Shown: piece after piece, positions 47,801-56,898 of the stretch
How the letters are laid out: every line of letters begins with the position of its first letter
Numbering within the stretch: position 1 is the stretch's first letter
Virus record (IMG/VR): IMGVR_UViG_3300034108_000145
Coordinates: 1-64,000 of that record
Source: a virus
Length of the DNA: 64,000 nt
Direction: 5' to 3' (one strand)
Made by a program: the position numbers and the translations under genes
The notes under the pieces: model-generated
What the model was told of the DNA's origin: nothing
Database searches by the model: none
The model's input: only the letters and a program-made list of their open reading frames with translations

Positions 47801-49922
47801 CAGAAAGCATTATAGTCCAAGGAGACCAGTTATCACAACAATCTCTTAAAGTTCTAAAGTACATTGTTGCACTTGGTGAATGCCAAGAAGCTGCCATTTC
47901 CATTCCTTTACCACCAAGAACATATTGAGCAGATATATCATAAGTAGTTGGAGCATTAGATCCTCCATAATAAGCACTGTATATAGCAAGTCCATTACTT
48001 ACTTTAGTAGTTCTATCTGTATTATAATTAGTTGCCCCAGTGAGTACAGCCCAATTAGATGATGTTACATATCCGCTAGGATTGGTAGCATCATAAGGAG
48101 TATATCCTAGAGCAGTAGTAACCATTGAGCTATTGATGCCCGTAATAAATGCTGGAGCACCTGTAATTTTAGACCATGCTAAAGCTGTAATCCAAGAAGG
48201 ATTAGAGTATGTACTAGTAGTATATACTAAGCTATCTGTAATACCGTATCCTGATATAGTAGTTGGTGTGCCAGTTATCTTAGACCATGCTACATCTGTT
48301 ATCTGAGCATTTGCTACAGAAGATAAAGTAGCCAAAGAACCTAGTCCTAAGTTTGTTCTACCATATCCTTGTTGTGTACTTGTTAATCCTTGTGTACCAA
48401 TATCTATTCTTAATCTATTACTAAGAGCAGTAGATACTGTTGTAGCAAAGTTAGGATCGTCTCCTAATGCTGCAGCTAACTCATCTAATGTATCTAGTAG
48501 ACCAGGAGCTCCTGATACTAGATTATTAATTTGAGTGGATACATATGACTGAGTTGCGTAAGAGTTAGCAGTTAAGTAAGTTCCTACACGTGTGTCTGTA
48601 TAATAAAGATTTGTACCTTCAGTAAGATTAGTTGTAGACTTAGCCGCAAAAGCTGTATCAAAACGTGCCTGAGTATAATATAAGTTTGTACCTTCTGTAA
48701 TGTTAGTTGTTGTAGCAGCAATCTTAGTCCATAGACCAGTTGATGCTACATACTTAATCATGTCGCCATCAGATGCATTCTTTACAGATAAATCATGCAA
48801 TTCATCTAGCTCAAAACCGTTCTGTACTTTTACAAAAATCTCACCGTTATTTTGTTGTACTCTTGTTACAACACCAATAAATACTAAGTGAGCTGGAGCA
48901 GTTGGTTTATTAAGTAAACCAAAGATTAAATTACCATCTGTACCTAACCATACAGGATCACCTGCGTTAGCCGTACTAGTATTTAATCCTGCTAGTAATC
49001 CTTCTGTTACAACAAAGCCTTGACCATTTATAGCTAAGTCTTGAGCAACAAGTCCTAATGTTTTACTAGAAGTTTGTTCAGAAGCATTAGATGCTTTAGA
49101 TACAATCATATTAGTACCATCCGCTGATGATACGTAAACTGCTTGACCTTTTGTTACAGCTACACCTGCTTTTACAATATGTTGTACTTGTGATGTATAG
49201 TTAGGAATCCAAGTTACATCATAGTTTGTTCCTGAAACTTTAGCTAAGATATCACCTGCCACTCCACCAGCAGGAACTAATCCCTGATAGTTAGGAATAT
49301 TAAATACTCCAGTGCTGCTGTTATATGTAGCAGCTCCTGATACACCAGTTGTGGTTAAAGTGATAGCTGCTCTTGCACGAGCATTTGTATAGTAAAGATT
49401 TACTACACCTTCTGGTAGCTGATCTGTTGTAGTTGCTGATCCTTCAAAAATAGCACTAGATACAATAATATCTACAATGTCTCCAGTAGCAGCCGGATCA
49501 TTGATTGTAAATGTTGTACCATTAGTAGCTGTAGTCTGATTAGGAGATAAGTAAACACCGTTTACAAATATATCCATAAGTCCAGGTGTATAACCACCTG
49601 TTACAGTAAATACTGTTTGTCCTTCTGTTACAACAAAAGTTTGAGTAGACTTAATAGATGCAGCACTTGCCCCAGTTACTGACAATACTCCTGTACCAGA
49701 GTTAATAGATAAACCACTACCTACTTTTATACCACCTAGTACACTAGCTGATGCTATAGGTAAACTATAGGGTTGAACGAAAGTTCTAACCCACGCTGTG
49801 GTAGCTAATTTTGTAGAATTATCATTAGCATCGGGGGTCTGACCAGTAGCAGTATTGTTAAGTGTAACTACACCATCTACTGTCAGACCAGCTTTAGCTA
49901 GTATGTCAGATAGAAATTTCAT
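44880..49922 (-). CDS. Long tail fibre A with S74 chaperone, 1680 aa
   Basis: YSDIRVKENI...LRGVYY...GVIAQEV...VSYGNMAGLFIEAIKE; DNSTKLATTAWV and LPIASASVLGGIKVG fibre motifs. Confidence 0.85.
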   Translation of the reverse strand: MKFLSDILAKAGLTVDGVVTLNNTATGQTPDANDNSTKLATTAWVRTFVQPYSLPIASASVLGGIKVGSGLSINSGTGVLSVTGASAASIKSTQTFVVTEGQTVFTVTGGYTPGLMDIFVNGVYLSPNQTTATNGTTFTINDPAATGDIVDIIVSSAIFEGSATTTDQLPEGVVNLYYTNARARAAITLTTTGVSGAATYNSSTGVFNIPNYQGLVPAGGVAGDILAKVSGTNYDVTWIPNYTSQVQHIVKAGVAVTKGQAVYVSSADGTNMIVSKASNASEQTSSKTLGLVAQDLAINGQGFVVTEGLLAGLNTSTANAGDPVWLGTDGNLIFGLLNKPTAPAHLVFIGVVTRVQQNNGEIFVKVQNGFELDELHDLSVKNASDGDMIKYVASTGLWTKIAATTTNITEGTNLYYTQARFDTAFAAKSTTNLTEGTNLYYTDTRVGTYLTANSYATQSYVSTQINNLVSGAPGLLDTLDELAAALGDDPNFATTVSTALSNRLRIDIGTQGLTSTQQGYGRTNLGLGSLATLSSVANAQITDVAWSKITGTPTTISGYGITDSLVYTTSTYSNPSWITALAWSKITGAPAFITGINSSMVTTALGYTPYDATNPSGYVTSSNWAVLTGATNYNTDRTTKVSNGLAIYSAYYGGSNAPTTYDISAQYVLGGKGMEMAASWHSPSATMYFRTLRDCCDNWSPWTIMLSALNYNDYAPTKTGTGASGSWGISVTGSAGSVAWTNVTSRPTALSQFTNDLGNYGGWITGYTETDTLASVAARGATSNVSLNIRTGISLIKSDGSTTGGQLFYDSSINQLYLWNSITGGYFSIYTNGGERFKIAADGTTTNNGHQILHAGNYTSYSPSLTGSGASGTWGINISGTAAVASIATDLNAADGTQINFNNVTNTDYSTMTFMSRAWSAVQGANGLAYNFTTHNNAGGGGYGALQIYYGEGGYVAAPTSFRAPIFYDSNDTGYYGDFASTSRMNNLVLGSYYQPSYTGQLILGHTSYNFNFANGSWSSSVTAGILANCADQWEFAIHDSGDRVASAFFFQGSSTNRILMGRDLGWGPTYIEAASSFRAPIFYDSNDTSYYVDPNSTSNLYRLNMNERITLGTFPNSTSNSGAAWIGRAADRNNGTMTVQLGGGSATDRRFEVVDYAWSVVLFNVNSDGNVFANSSFRAPIFYDSENTAYYLDPNSGSVLNNLRLNGSLYMDISAGGNSTTIFLTGDTASHYIKANSYWIDFVGNANEMFRWYNSSYSYYSMTLNGSNNLFVRGDIYVNGNGNSTGSAVIHAGNIGSQAVNQSNYSTMDYIMSGRNFPDGTLIQTSINYQVTYGEPFVLEIKGNAYGNGMPIDIQVQGYIYADTIINIGSYSNGSNISGLRAINYNGNLCFWFPSQGYWHGYTVKAYTAYDGRQMNRVTSISNSGLPTTAKQVDFNPSQSLRTDNAPYAANMNQYVRTSDSVSFSQITNSGALGSNSGNARNHFTQYNSGTTTPATGWITAAFGDASNNRVVIGQWNGNTGAIIGSHTGSLNDWAGLSYIATNHYFYANANYTGTVSMLIDSSHNVTVRGDVTAYSDIRVKENIVTVDNALQKTLSLRGVYYNRTDTADKRKKIGVIAQEVQTVAPELVTRMEDDMLNVSYGNMAGLFIEAIKEQQLQIESQKSEIEELKDLVKQLINR

Positions 49923-49934
49923 TCAGATATGTTA

Positions 49935-51146
49935 TTATTTCTTGATGATTACACGATATGCATTAGCTGAAGGAGCTACGGCAAAACTTACAGTTACTGT
50001 GTTAGCATCTGTAATAACCACATCAGTGATTACTTCTTCTAAGGTTGTATTATCTTTAATCATCACGATTACATCAATAGTGTTTAGTCCATGTGTAACG
50101 GCATAAGAAGTGCCAGCTCCACCAATGTTTGCGGCATAACCACCAGTTCTGTTATCTAAATAGGTCTTTAATTTAAGAGGAGTAACAATACGTGTATCGT
50201 CTGTACCTGTTGTTAACTCAGCATCAGTTGCAATCTCTGCAATACCTGTACGAGTTTCTGTAGCTGTACGAGCAGATAAACTAGCAGGAGTTACTGCTTT
50301 ATTAGAATCTGTACCTGTTTGAGTTTCTGCGTTTGTAGCAAGAAATACTAAACCTAGTACAGTTGTTGTAGCTTGATCACGGTTAACTTCTAATTGAATC
50401 CAGTCAGCTGCTGAAGAAGTAGATGCATTATTAACTTTAGCAACAACTACGTCACCAACATTAAATGCTACACCACCTGTTGTTCCTGCTACAGATACAT
50501 ACCAGTAATCACCAGCTTTAGTGCCAGCAACTGGACTAGATCCTACAGGGAAAGAACCACTAGATGCATCCCATGCTCCTTCTAAATTACCTAGACTACC
50601 TACGTTAGCATCAATGTATGTTTTGATTGCTGTAGATGTAGCTAATGTAGAAGAACTAGAGTTAGCCATATCTGTGATAATGGTAACTTCTGCAGGATTA
50701 GCTGTAGCTCCAGATACGTTACCAATTACTGTTAGATTAGCAATCTGTTGTAACTTATCAAAAGTTACTGCATTAGCGTTAATCTTTACAGTGGTAACTG
50801 CAGAGTTAGCAAGTTTACCTGTAACGATACCTAAGTCTTTTACTCTTAGACTATCTGCATTAATTTCAATTGTAGCATTATCTACATTTACATCTAACGT
50901 GATTACATCACCATTAGCTGATGTAGAGGCTGTTAAACCGCTACCACCAAGAACATCTTGGATGTCTCCAGACATGTCAACCCATTGGGTTCCGTCCCAG
51001 AAGAACATTCTTAATACTGAAGGAGTAGTGTCAAAATAGATTTGACCAACTACTGGATTAGCCGGTGGACCAACTTTGTTGTGAACCGCTACGTTTAAAA
51101 TCTGGTTTTGTGTGAGGTCCAGATTGGTTAAAAACTTTTTAGACAT
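49935..51146 (-). CDS. Short tail fibre/adaptor protein, 403 aa
   Basis: ATTTVLGLVFLATNAETQTGTDSNKAVTP and ATETRTGIAEIATDAELTTGTDDTRIVTP T4-like fibre repeats; C-terminal THGLNT beta domain. Confidence 0.7.
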   Translation of the reverse strand: MSKKFLTNLDLTQNQILNVAVHNKVGPPANPVVGQIYFDTTPSVLRMFFWDGTQWVDMSGDIQDVLGGSGLTASTSANGDVITLDVNVDNATIEINADSLRVKDLGIVTGKLANSAVTTVKINANAVTFDKLQQIANLTVIGNVSGATANPAEVTIITDMANSSSSTLATSTAIKTYIDANVGSLGNLEGAWDASSGSFPVGSSPVAGTKAGDYWYVSVAGTTGGVAFNVGDVVVAKVNNASTSSAADWIQLEVNRDQATTTVLGLVFLATNAETQTGTDSNKAVTPASLSARTATETRTGIAEIATDAELTTGTDDTRIVTPLKLKTYLDNRTGGYAANIGGAGTSYAVTHGLNTIDVIVMIKDNTTLEEVITDVVITDANTVTVSFAVAPSANAYRVIIKK

Positions 51147-51164
51147 GGTATATATATTTTACAA

Positions 51165-51692
51165 TTAGTTCAAAAATGCTTTCCCACTAAATGGTGCAGA
51201 AAACTTTACTGTTAATGAATTAGAATTAATATACTCTACTTCTCCAATTACTTCTTCGTTACTAGAATCTACTACAGAAACAGATGGATATTTATTTAAG
51301 TTGTGTGTAATGCTCCACGTGGAACTTGACACGGTTTGGTTATGAATATGAGAAAACTTATAAGTATCTTGTATAGAAAGGTTATCTCTATATGTAAGAG
51401 TTATAGTTCTATTTTGTGTATCAGAAGTAACATCAATTGCTACTACTGTTTTATTAAAAGCCTCCTCAATCTCAGTAATCTGTTCTTGAGAAATAGCCAT
51501 CTGATCCCACTGATTACCATCCCAAGCGTATAGTAAATGTAATGTTGTATCATATACAATAATACCAGCATCACTAGAGTTATATCCAGAAGCTAAAGCA
51601 GTTCTTTCTACAGTAGTTACAGGTTGTAACTTAGTATTAAGAATCTGATTTTTGTTAAAATCATAATCTACGTATATCTTCTGTACTGCCAT
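51165..51692 (-). CDS. Tail-associated structural protein, 175 aa
   Basis: N-terminus similar to the 403-aa protein (DFNKNQILN vs DLTQNQILN); C-terminal STWSITHNLNKYPSVSVVD...SGKAFLN domain shared with the 205-aa protein. Confidence 0.6.
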   Translation of the reverse strand: MAVQKIYVDYDFNKNQILNTKLQPVTTVERTALASGYNSSDAGIIVYDTTLHLLYAWDGNQWDQMAISQEQITEIEEAFNKTVVAIDVTSDTQNRTITLTYRDNLSIQDTYKFSHIHNQTVSSSTWSITHNLNKYPSVSVVDSSNEEVIGEVEYINSNSLTVKFSAPFSGKAFLN

Positions 51693-52309
51693 TATGATAA
51701 GTATGCTTTACCTGCTACGGCTTGGTTAAATGTAATTTTAACAGTGTTGTTATCTACATACTCAATAACACCTTGTATGTCAACACCTAATAAATCTTCA
51801 GTAGTAACATTTGGTTTTAATCCCATACGGTGTACAATGTTCCATACAGTGGCAGGTGTTTGCTGCGTAAACTCAAATGAACTATTCTGATTAAAGTTAA
51901 TAGCCGGGTTCAAGTTAATTCTTGTTATACAACCTCCAGTGTTCACTTCAATAATATTGTTTGTACCATCTCCATAGTTATAACCTACACCAAATTGTGA
52001 AGGACCAGAAGGAATATTACTTCTAAGATAACCAGCTCCCCATAAATCTACACTTTGATCATATTGAACAGATGTGTCATTTCTATAACTTAGAGGCATC
52101 CATGTTGTATAATTAACATTAGCTTTACATAAAGCATCTTCATCAGCTGTAGACTGCCAATCAACAATCTGTTTTCTTATCCAAGCAAGATCTTCATCTA
52201 CACCAGATTTACAACTAGCAATACCATAACGCATCTGTCTGTAAATCTTGTTATAAGATTCAGCAAATTCTTTAAGGTATTTCTCTTTTTTAGGAAGCAG
52301 GGTTCTCAT
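51692..52309 (-). CDS. Tail hub-like structural protein, 205 aa
   Basis: C-terminal TVWNIVHRMGLKPNV...AGKAYLS domain; position. Confidence 0.5.
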   Translation of the reverse strand: MRTLLPKKEKYLKEFAESYNKIYRQMRYGIASCKSGVDEDLAWIRKQIVDWQSTADEDALCKANVNYTTWMPLSYRNDTSVQYDQSVDLWGAGYLRSNIPSGPSQFGVGYNYGDGTNNIIEVNTGGCITRINLNPAINFNQNSSFEFTQQTPATVWNIVHRMGLKPNVTTEDLLGVDIQGVIEYVDNNTVKITFNQAVAGKAYLS

Positions 52310-52460
52310 TTGAATCAGATTTAGAAGCTCTTAAAGCTTCATCTTTAATTTGTTGTTCATAGATAGCAAGACAGTTACTACAAACTTTTTTACCATCTGA
52401 GGCAATTCTGTCTTGGCAACCACAAGTTATGGTGTTGCCACAATTTGTACAAGTTCTCAT
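52290..52460 (-). CDS. Small Cys-rich (Zn-binding-like) protein, 56 aa (not in ORF track)
   Basis: MRTCTNCGNTITCGCQDRIASDGKKVCSNCLAIYEQQIKDEALRASKSDSNENPAS; AAAAACCAACATAT leader; fills the gap. Confidence 0.75.
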   Translation of the reverse strand: MRTCTNCGNTITCGCQDRIASDGKKVCSNCLAIYEQQIKDEALRASKSDSNENPAS

Positions 52461-52483
52461 ATATGTTGGTTTTTATGTATATA

Positions 52484-53032
52484 TTAACAAGCACACTCAG
52501 TAGCGTACTTATTAAGCTTTTTCTGAGCATACATCAAAAGGTTCATACCTGCCTCAGGCTCATGTCCATACTCCACTTTAGCTTTAGCAGCATCTATAAA
52601 ACTTTTAATTAATCTAAGTTCTTCTAACTTTTCTTTTATATCAGCAGCTGGTTCACAGGCTGACATCTCTAAATCAGAAAGCAAGTTAAAATATTTATTA
52701 GTTGTTTGTGTTGTCCGTAAATGATTATATTCAACAAATACGTTTGTATTTGGGGATACTGAATAGTTAATTACATAAATACCATCTGGAATAGGTTGAG
52801 AAGCCTCTGCACAAGAGGTTCTTTGAAGTCCTAAACTACATGCGTTTAGAACAATATTAAAGTGTGGGAGCACGTCAATAGCTACCGGTAAATTAAAACC
52901 AGGAGCAGTAATACGTAGTGTACTGCAATCAATTGTAAGATTTTCTGCATATGCACTAGTATCAAATAGACGTAATACCTTGATATTATTGGTATCAGGC
53001 AGCTCTAAACTTAGCTGATGTTTGCTTGCCAT
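52484..53032 (-). CDS. Tail hub-like structural protein, 182 aa
   Basis: Ig-like N-half (IPDGIYVINYSV) plus helical C-half; follows the auxiliary capsid gene as in crAss-like synteny. Confidence 0.5.
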   Translation of the reverse strand: MASKHQLSLELPDTNNIKVLRLFDTSAYAENLTIDCSTLRITAPGFNLPVAIDVLPHFNIVLNACSLGLQRTSCAEASQPIPDGIYVINYSVSPNTNVFVEYNHLRTTQTTNKYFNLLSDLEMSACEPAADIKEKLEELRLIKSFIDAAKAKVEYGHEPEAGMNLLMYAQKKLNKYATECAC

Positions 53033-53075
53033 TATGATAAACTTTAAATATTTATATAGATTGGAGAATACAAGT

Positions 53076-53092
53076 TCTCAATAATAATATAC
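53076..53092 (-). promoter_or_regulatory. Conserved promoter-like motif GTATATTATTATTGAGA (copy 4)
   Basis: Downstream of a terminator and a near-perfect palindrome. Confidence 0.55.
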
Positions 53093-53112
53093 TAATTTTT
53101 TGGGACATGTCC

Positions 53113-53149
53113 AAAAAACAAAAAGGGAGGGACATGTGTCCTCTCCCTT
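53113..53149 (-). terminator. Intrinsic terminator after auxiliary capsid gene
   Basis: Minus strand AAGGGAGAGGAC-ACAT-GTCCCTCCCTT followed by TTTGTTTTTT. Confidence 0.8.
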
Positions 53150-53173
53150 AATGTTTAGATATTCTTAATATCC

Positions 53174-54520
53174 TTATACAGTCTCTAGAGATACTGCATT
53201 ACCAGCCGCACTTGCACTAGCTGTAATGAAGTTAGTGATTGTAGTTGTTGCAGTACCAGCAGGTACGTGAACTACGATCAAATACTGATCATTATCAAAA
53301 GTACTAGTAGGGTTGTTAAAACGTGGAACGTTGTGTAAGATCAATACTTGATCATACAAACCGTTACGGTTAACAGTTGCCAAAGCTGGATCAGCTTCGA
53401 TCTCACGCATACGTAAATGCTCTACACGAGAACTATCAGGATATGCGTTTTGTAAGTAACGACCATCTAAGATCAACTCACGAAGTACAGTTTCACCTGA
53501 ACCTGAAGCTTGCTTAGGAGCTTGTGTTTCTGATACAGAAATACACTCTACTTTACAAGGCTCACCAGACTCGTCTACTACAGAAGCGTAGATAAACAAA
53601 GGCTCTAAATCATACTTGTCAGTAGGAGTGAAAGTACAGTTACCAAACTTAGTGTCTACATAAGCAGCAACGATGTCTAAATGAGAGTTTACAGATCCTA
53701 AGCTAGAAGTAGCAGGAGTGTAACCAGCAGTAGTTTGTGCACTAAAGATAGCTGCGTTACCATTAGTTGAGCTTACTGCATTTTGAGTAAGGGTAATTGT
53801 TGTATTACCAGAGCTAGCTGAATCAGCAGCACCAACTAATAAAACTAAGCTGTTAGGAGCTAAAGAAGCATGAACTACTTTTTCACCTACTTGGAACAAC
53901 GCTGCATCAGCATTTGCTACAGCAATAGTTGCTAAACCTACAGTAGGGTCAATAGCTACAGAAGCTGTAGTTTCTAACCATACTTTAGCTTGTACGAAAT
54001 CTTTTAACAAAGGAGCTTCGTTGATCTGATCAGCCCATTTCAAAAGAGCCACAGTGTGGTCAATTGCAGCTTTGTTTGCATCACAGCATCCTGTGTAAGC
54101 ATCCAATGTTTTGTACAATTGGTGGTTCAAGAAACGGAGAGCAGGAGAACCTTTAACGTCAAGACGTAGACGGATAGTGCTGTCACAAGCAAGACCTGCA
54201 CAAGCATTAGCTTCTACTTTAACGATTTGATTCTTAGCAGCATCAGAAGTTACTTTAATAACACGGCTGATGTACTTAGGGTTAATTACTTTAGACTTAA
54301 CAGACTCTTTGTAACCACCGTGAACAGGGCCAATTTTGTCAGTAGCAAAGTAACTACCTTGAGCCATAATAAATGGAGCGGCTTGAGCAGAAACTACTTG
54401 GAAAGTCTTGGCATCAAAGAAACCAATTTGACCAGCAGTTAAAGCATCAGTACCACCAGAGCTAGCAAGCGTAGTGCTAGCAGGCAAGAATGACTTGCGG
54501 AATGCATTAGGAAAATACAT
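53174..54520 (-). CDS. Auxiliary capsid (decoration) protein, 448 aa
   Basis: Ala/Thr-rich; strongly biased codon usage like the major capsid gene; shares its leader; crAss synteny. Confidence 0.6.
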   Translation of the reverse strand: MYFPNAFRKSFLPASTTLASSGGTDALTAGQIGFFDAKTFQVVSAQAAPFIMAQGSYFATDKIGPVHGGYKESVKSKVINPKYISRVIKVTSDAAKNQIVKVEANACAGLACDSTIRLRLDVKGSPALRFLNHQLYKTLDAYTGCCDANKAAIDHTVALLKWADQINEAPLLKDFVQAKVWLETTASVAIDPTVGLATIAVANADAALFQVGEKVVHASLAPNSLVLLVGAADSASSGNTTITLTQNAVSSTNGNAAIFSAQTTAGYTPATSSLGSVNSHLDIVAAYVDTKFGNCTFTPTDKYDLEPLFIYASVVDESGEPCKVECISVSETQAPKQASGSGETVLRELILDGRYLQNAYPDSSRVEHLRMREIEADPALATVNRNGLYDQVLILHNVPRFNNPTSTFDNDQYLIVVHVPAGTATTTITNFITASASAAGNAVSLETV

Positions 54521-54561
54521 AGGGCTTTAATTTAAAGGGTTATAAATAAATAAATAAAAAT

Positions 54562-54975
54562 TTAACTTAAGAACATTAACTTATACTTGGTTGCAGAAAT
54601 CAAACTCTTCACCTCATCTAGTTGGTTTGTTACTTCTGAAAAGGTCATAATCTTTTGTAACTGCACCACTTCGTTATATAAGTCTTTCATGTGAGATATT
54701 GCTTCCTGTACAGACCCGCATTTATATGCAGGCACTACTGGAAAATCTAGAAGCTTCTCACGAGCTCCTTGATACTGTTCAGCTACAGCATCTACTAAAT
54801 CAGGCATTGCCTCATAAAACTCATTAAGAGCTTTGTGTGCTGAGTAAGAACCAGGTCCAGTTATTTTAAGATGCAACTGGTGCATACTTGTTGTAAGAGC
54901 TTGAGCGTGAGCCAACATTGCTGCTGTCTCTGTACAAGGTCCCATCGGTCCAGGTCTTTGTAATTTCTGTATCAT
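54562..54975 (-). CDS. Ferritin/Dps-like protein (DUF5856-like), 137 aa
   Basis: HQLHL...SYSAHKALNEFYEAMPDLVDAVAEQYQG...LDEVKSLISATKYKL four-helix ferritin-like pattern. Confidence 0.75.
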   Translation of the reverse strand: MIQKLQRPGPMGPCTETAAMLAHAQALTTSMHQLHLKITGPGSYSAHKALNEFYEAMPDLVDAVAEQYQGAREKLLDFPVVPAYKCGSVQEAISHMKDLYNEVVQLQKIMTFSEVTNQLDEVKSLISATKYKLMFLS

Positions 54976-55676
54976 TAACTATTTCTTTGAGCGTTTTGTA
55001 CTTCTCTTTGATACTGATTCATAGACTCTATATCACCGGCTAAAATAGCTGCAGCTTCATCTGCTAAAATCTCACATATGTCTTCTTTAAGTTCACATGT
55101 TTGATCTGCTCTAAATGTAGCTCCTGTAGATATATTTGTACAACCTATAAACTGAACATCTCTTGGAAGTCTATAATATGTAAGCTTAATATCTTGAATA
55201 TCAAACTGATTGTTTGTATACAGCTTTAGTTTATCTGCAGCTATTGTACAAAAGGTTTCTGACCAGTCAAAGCTTGGAGACTTAAAGTTGTCAGCCAAAA
55301 GGATGTCAACGTTAGCTTCTTCAGCTTGATATATAGAAAGAGCTCTTTTAGGACAACAATCAGTTTTTGCGTTAGCACTAACTCTTACAAAGTGTAAAAA
55401 GTTTGCAGGAATGTTAGCTGACTCAATATACTTATCTTTTACTGTCCCCGCTAAAGGAACTTCTGTTAAAAGAACTTGTACATCATCAACAATTGTAACA
55501 CTCTGTTCTGCAGCCTCTTTTGACGGATTAAGAGCATGGAGACGTCTACGTACCCATTCTAACTGAGCTTTATTAAAAGCTTCTTGGATCATCCAACATT
55601 CAATGTTGTCATAATCAAAGCTAGCTAGTTTATTAAGCCTTTGTTTTATCTTAATTTGTAAGAGATTGTTATTCAT
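54975..55676 (-). CDS. Tail ring/head-tail adaptor protein, 233 aa
   Basis: IQEAFNKAQLEWV...LTYYRLP...CELKEDICEILADEAA pattern; position after the gene-75-like gene. Confidence 0.65.
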   Translation of the reverse strand: MNNNLLQIKIKQRLNKLASFDYDNIECWMIQEAFNKAQLEWVRRRLHALNPSKEAAEQSVTIVDDVQVLLTEVPLAGTVKDKYIESANIPANFLHFVRVSANAKTDCCPKRALSIYQAEEANVDILLADNFKSPSFDWSETFCTIAADKLKLYTNNQFDIQDIKLTYYRLPRDVQFIGCTNISTGATFRADQTCELKEDICEILADEAAAILAGDIESMNQYQREVQNAQRNS

Positions 55677-55684
55677 ATACTATT

Positions 55685-56701
55685 TTACTGCATCCAGTAC
55701 TTTTCAACTTTTTTAGTTAAGTCTATTAAAATCTCCTCGTTCAAAGGATTTTTTAAATATTCTACTACATCTGAAGGAGTTCTACCTAACATAGTAGTTG
55801 TTTGCATATGATAGATAAAGCCGTCTGATTTTGGAGCAATGAACTTAAAGTAGTTACTATCTTTTACAATAGATCTAATCTTTAATGTTTCCATATCTAG
55901 ATTAGCTGCATCTAAAAATCTCTGAGCGGTTTTACGCTTATCTTTTTCTACCAAGTCTCCGTTAATGTATTTATCCATGTTGTCATAGATAACGTCATTA
56001 GGTGTAGACTTTTTATATTGAGCACTATTTGCATCTAAAACTTTAGCTACATATAAGAGCTTGTTTTGGTTTTTATCAAATAGTTTCTGAAGTTCTGCAA
56101 GAGCTTTGTTACGAAGCTTCTTAACTTCAGTTTGTATAGAAGCAGTTTCTTCTAGCTTATCTAAATAAAACTTAGGAGGTACTGGCATTCTACGAGCGTC
56201 ATCAAGACTCTTTGCAACAATACTAAAACCACCTGCATCTATAGCGTATAATCTGATTAAATCATATGGATCTTTATCAGGTTCTAAGTACAAAGGTTCA
56301 TTACCGCATCTAATCTTAATCTTATCCCAGAAGTCGTTATTATCTGGTTTAAGAAGTTTAACCTTATTCCAAAACTGATCATCTGTTGGATCAATCACAT
56401 TGGAAGCTAATTCTTTTTCTAGTTGAGCTACTACAGCACGGATTTGTTTAATCTTAGCTTCTTGCTCTTCTAAAGGAAGATCTTTAATGTCTGGAGAAAA
56501 CTCATTTAGACCAGTTAAGTATCTTTTGATACCGTTGATTTCTAAACAAGCAATTGGTTCCTCGTGGAACGCTCCATCAAAAAGACTTAATCCGTATTTC
56601 TGTAATCCCATGTTATCCACTAAAGGATCAAAGAATGGACGGATTGCAATGCTTGAACGTTTGTTCTGTGGATACTTCTCCACAATAGTTACACTACTCA
56701 T
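55685..56701 (-). CDS. Conserved crAss-like protein downstream of MCP (gene-75-like), 338 aa
   Basis: YLTGL...FW...LGRTPSDVVEYLKNPLNEEIL; position. Confidence 0.6.
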   Translation of the reverse strand: MSSVTIVEKYPQNKRSSIAIRPFFDPLVDNMGLQKYGLSLFDGAFHEEPIACLEINGIKRYLTGLNEFSPDIKDLPLEEQEAKIKQIRAVVAQLEKELASNVIDPTDDQFWNKVKLLKPDNNDFWDKIKIRCGNEPLYLEPDKDPYDLIRLYAIDAGGFSIVAKSLDDARRMPVPPKFYLDKLEETASIQTEVKKLRNKALAELQKLFDKNQNKLLYVAKVLDANSAQYKKSTPNDVIYDNMDKYINGDLVEKDKRKTAQRFLDAANLDMETLKIRSIVKDSNYFKFIAPKSDGFIYHMQTTTMLGRTPSDVVEYLKNPLNEEILIDLTKKVEKYWMQ

Positions 56702-56760
56702 GTTTTGGTTTGTTTGGTTTTTATTATAACTGGTTACAAATGTAACCTTTTATATTTAGA

Positions 56761-56892
56761 ACCTATTAGGAGTTGCGAGCTCCCCATGTGATCATTCATG
56801 GTACGCATACAATAGGTGGCCTGAGGATACTATCCGCAGGGTGGTGTGAGTGTATCATTTGGCAGGGGATTTTAACCCCCTGCCTCAGATAC
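56761..56892 (-). ncRNA. Candidate structured RNA in MCP 3' intergenic region
   Basis: GC-rich island with hairpins GGCAGGGG/CCCCTGCC and CCTG-GGATA/TATCC-CAGG, then a multibranch element closed by ACCTATT/AATAGGT. Confidence 0.5.
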
Positions 56893-56898
56893 TATTTT

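Noticed and set aside
34280-49922. Diversity-generating retroelement or invertible shufflon acting on fibres
   Set aside because: No reverse transcriptase or recombinase in the window, no inverted cassettes, and shared blocks differ mainly at synonymous positions rather than only at adenines.
56761-56817. Functional tRNA gene
   Set aside because: Only 57 nt, with no D-arm consensus, an 8-nt anticodon-like loop, and no TTCRA or CCA; kept only as a tRNA-like candidate.
56861-56884. Intrinsic terminator after MCP
   Set aside because: Strong stem but no U-tract follows it on the coding strand.
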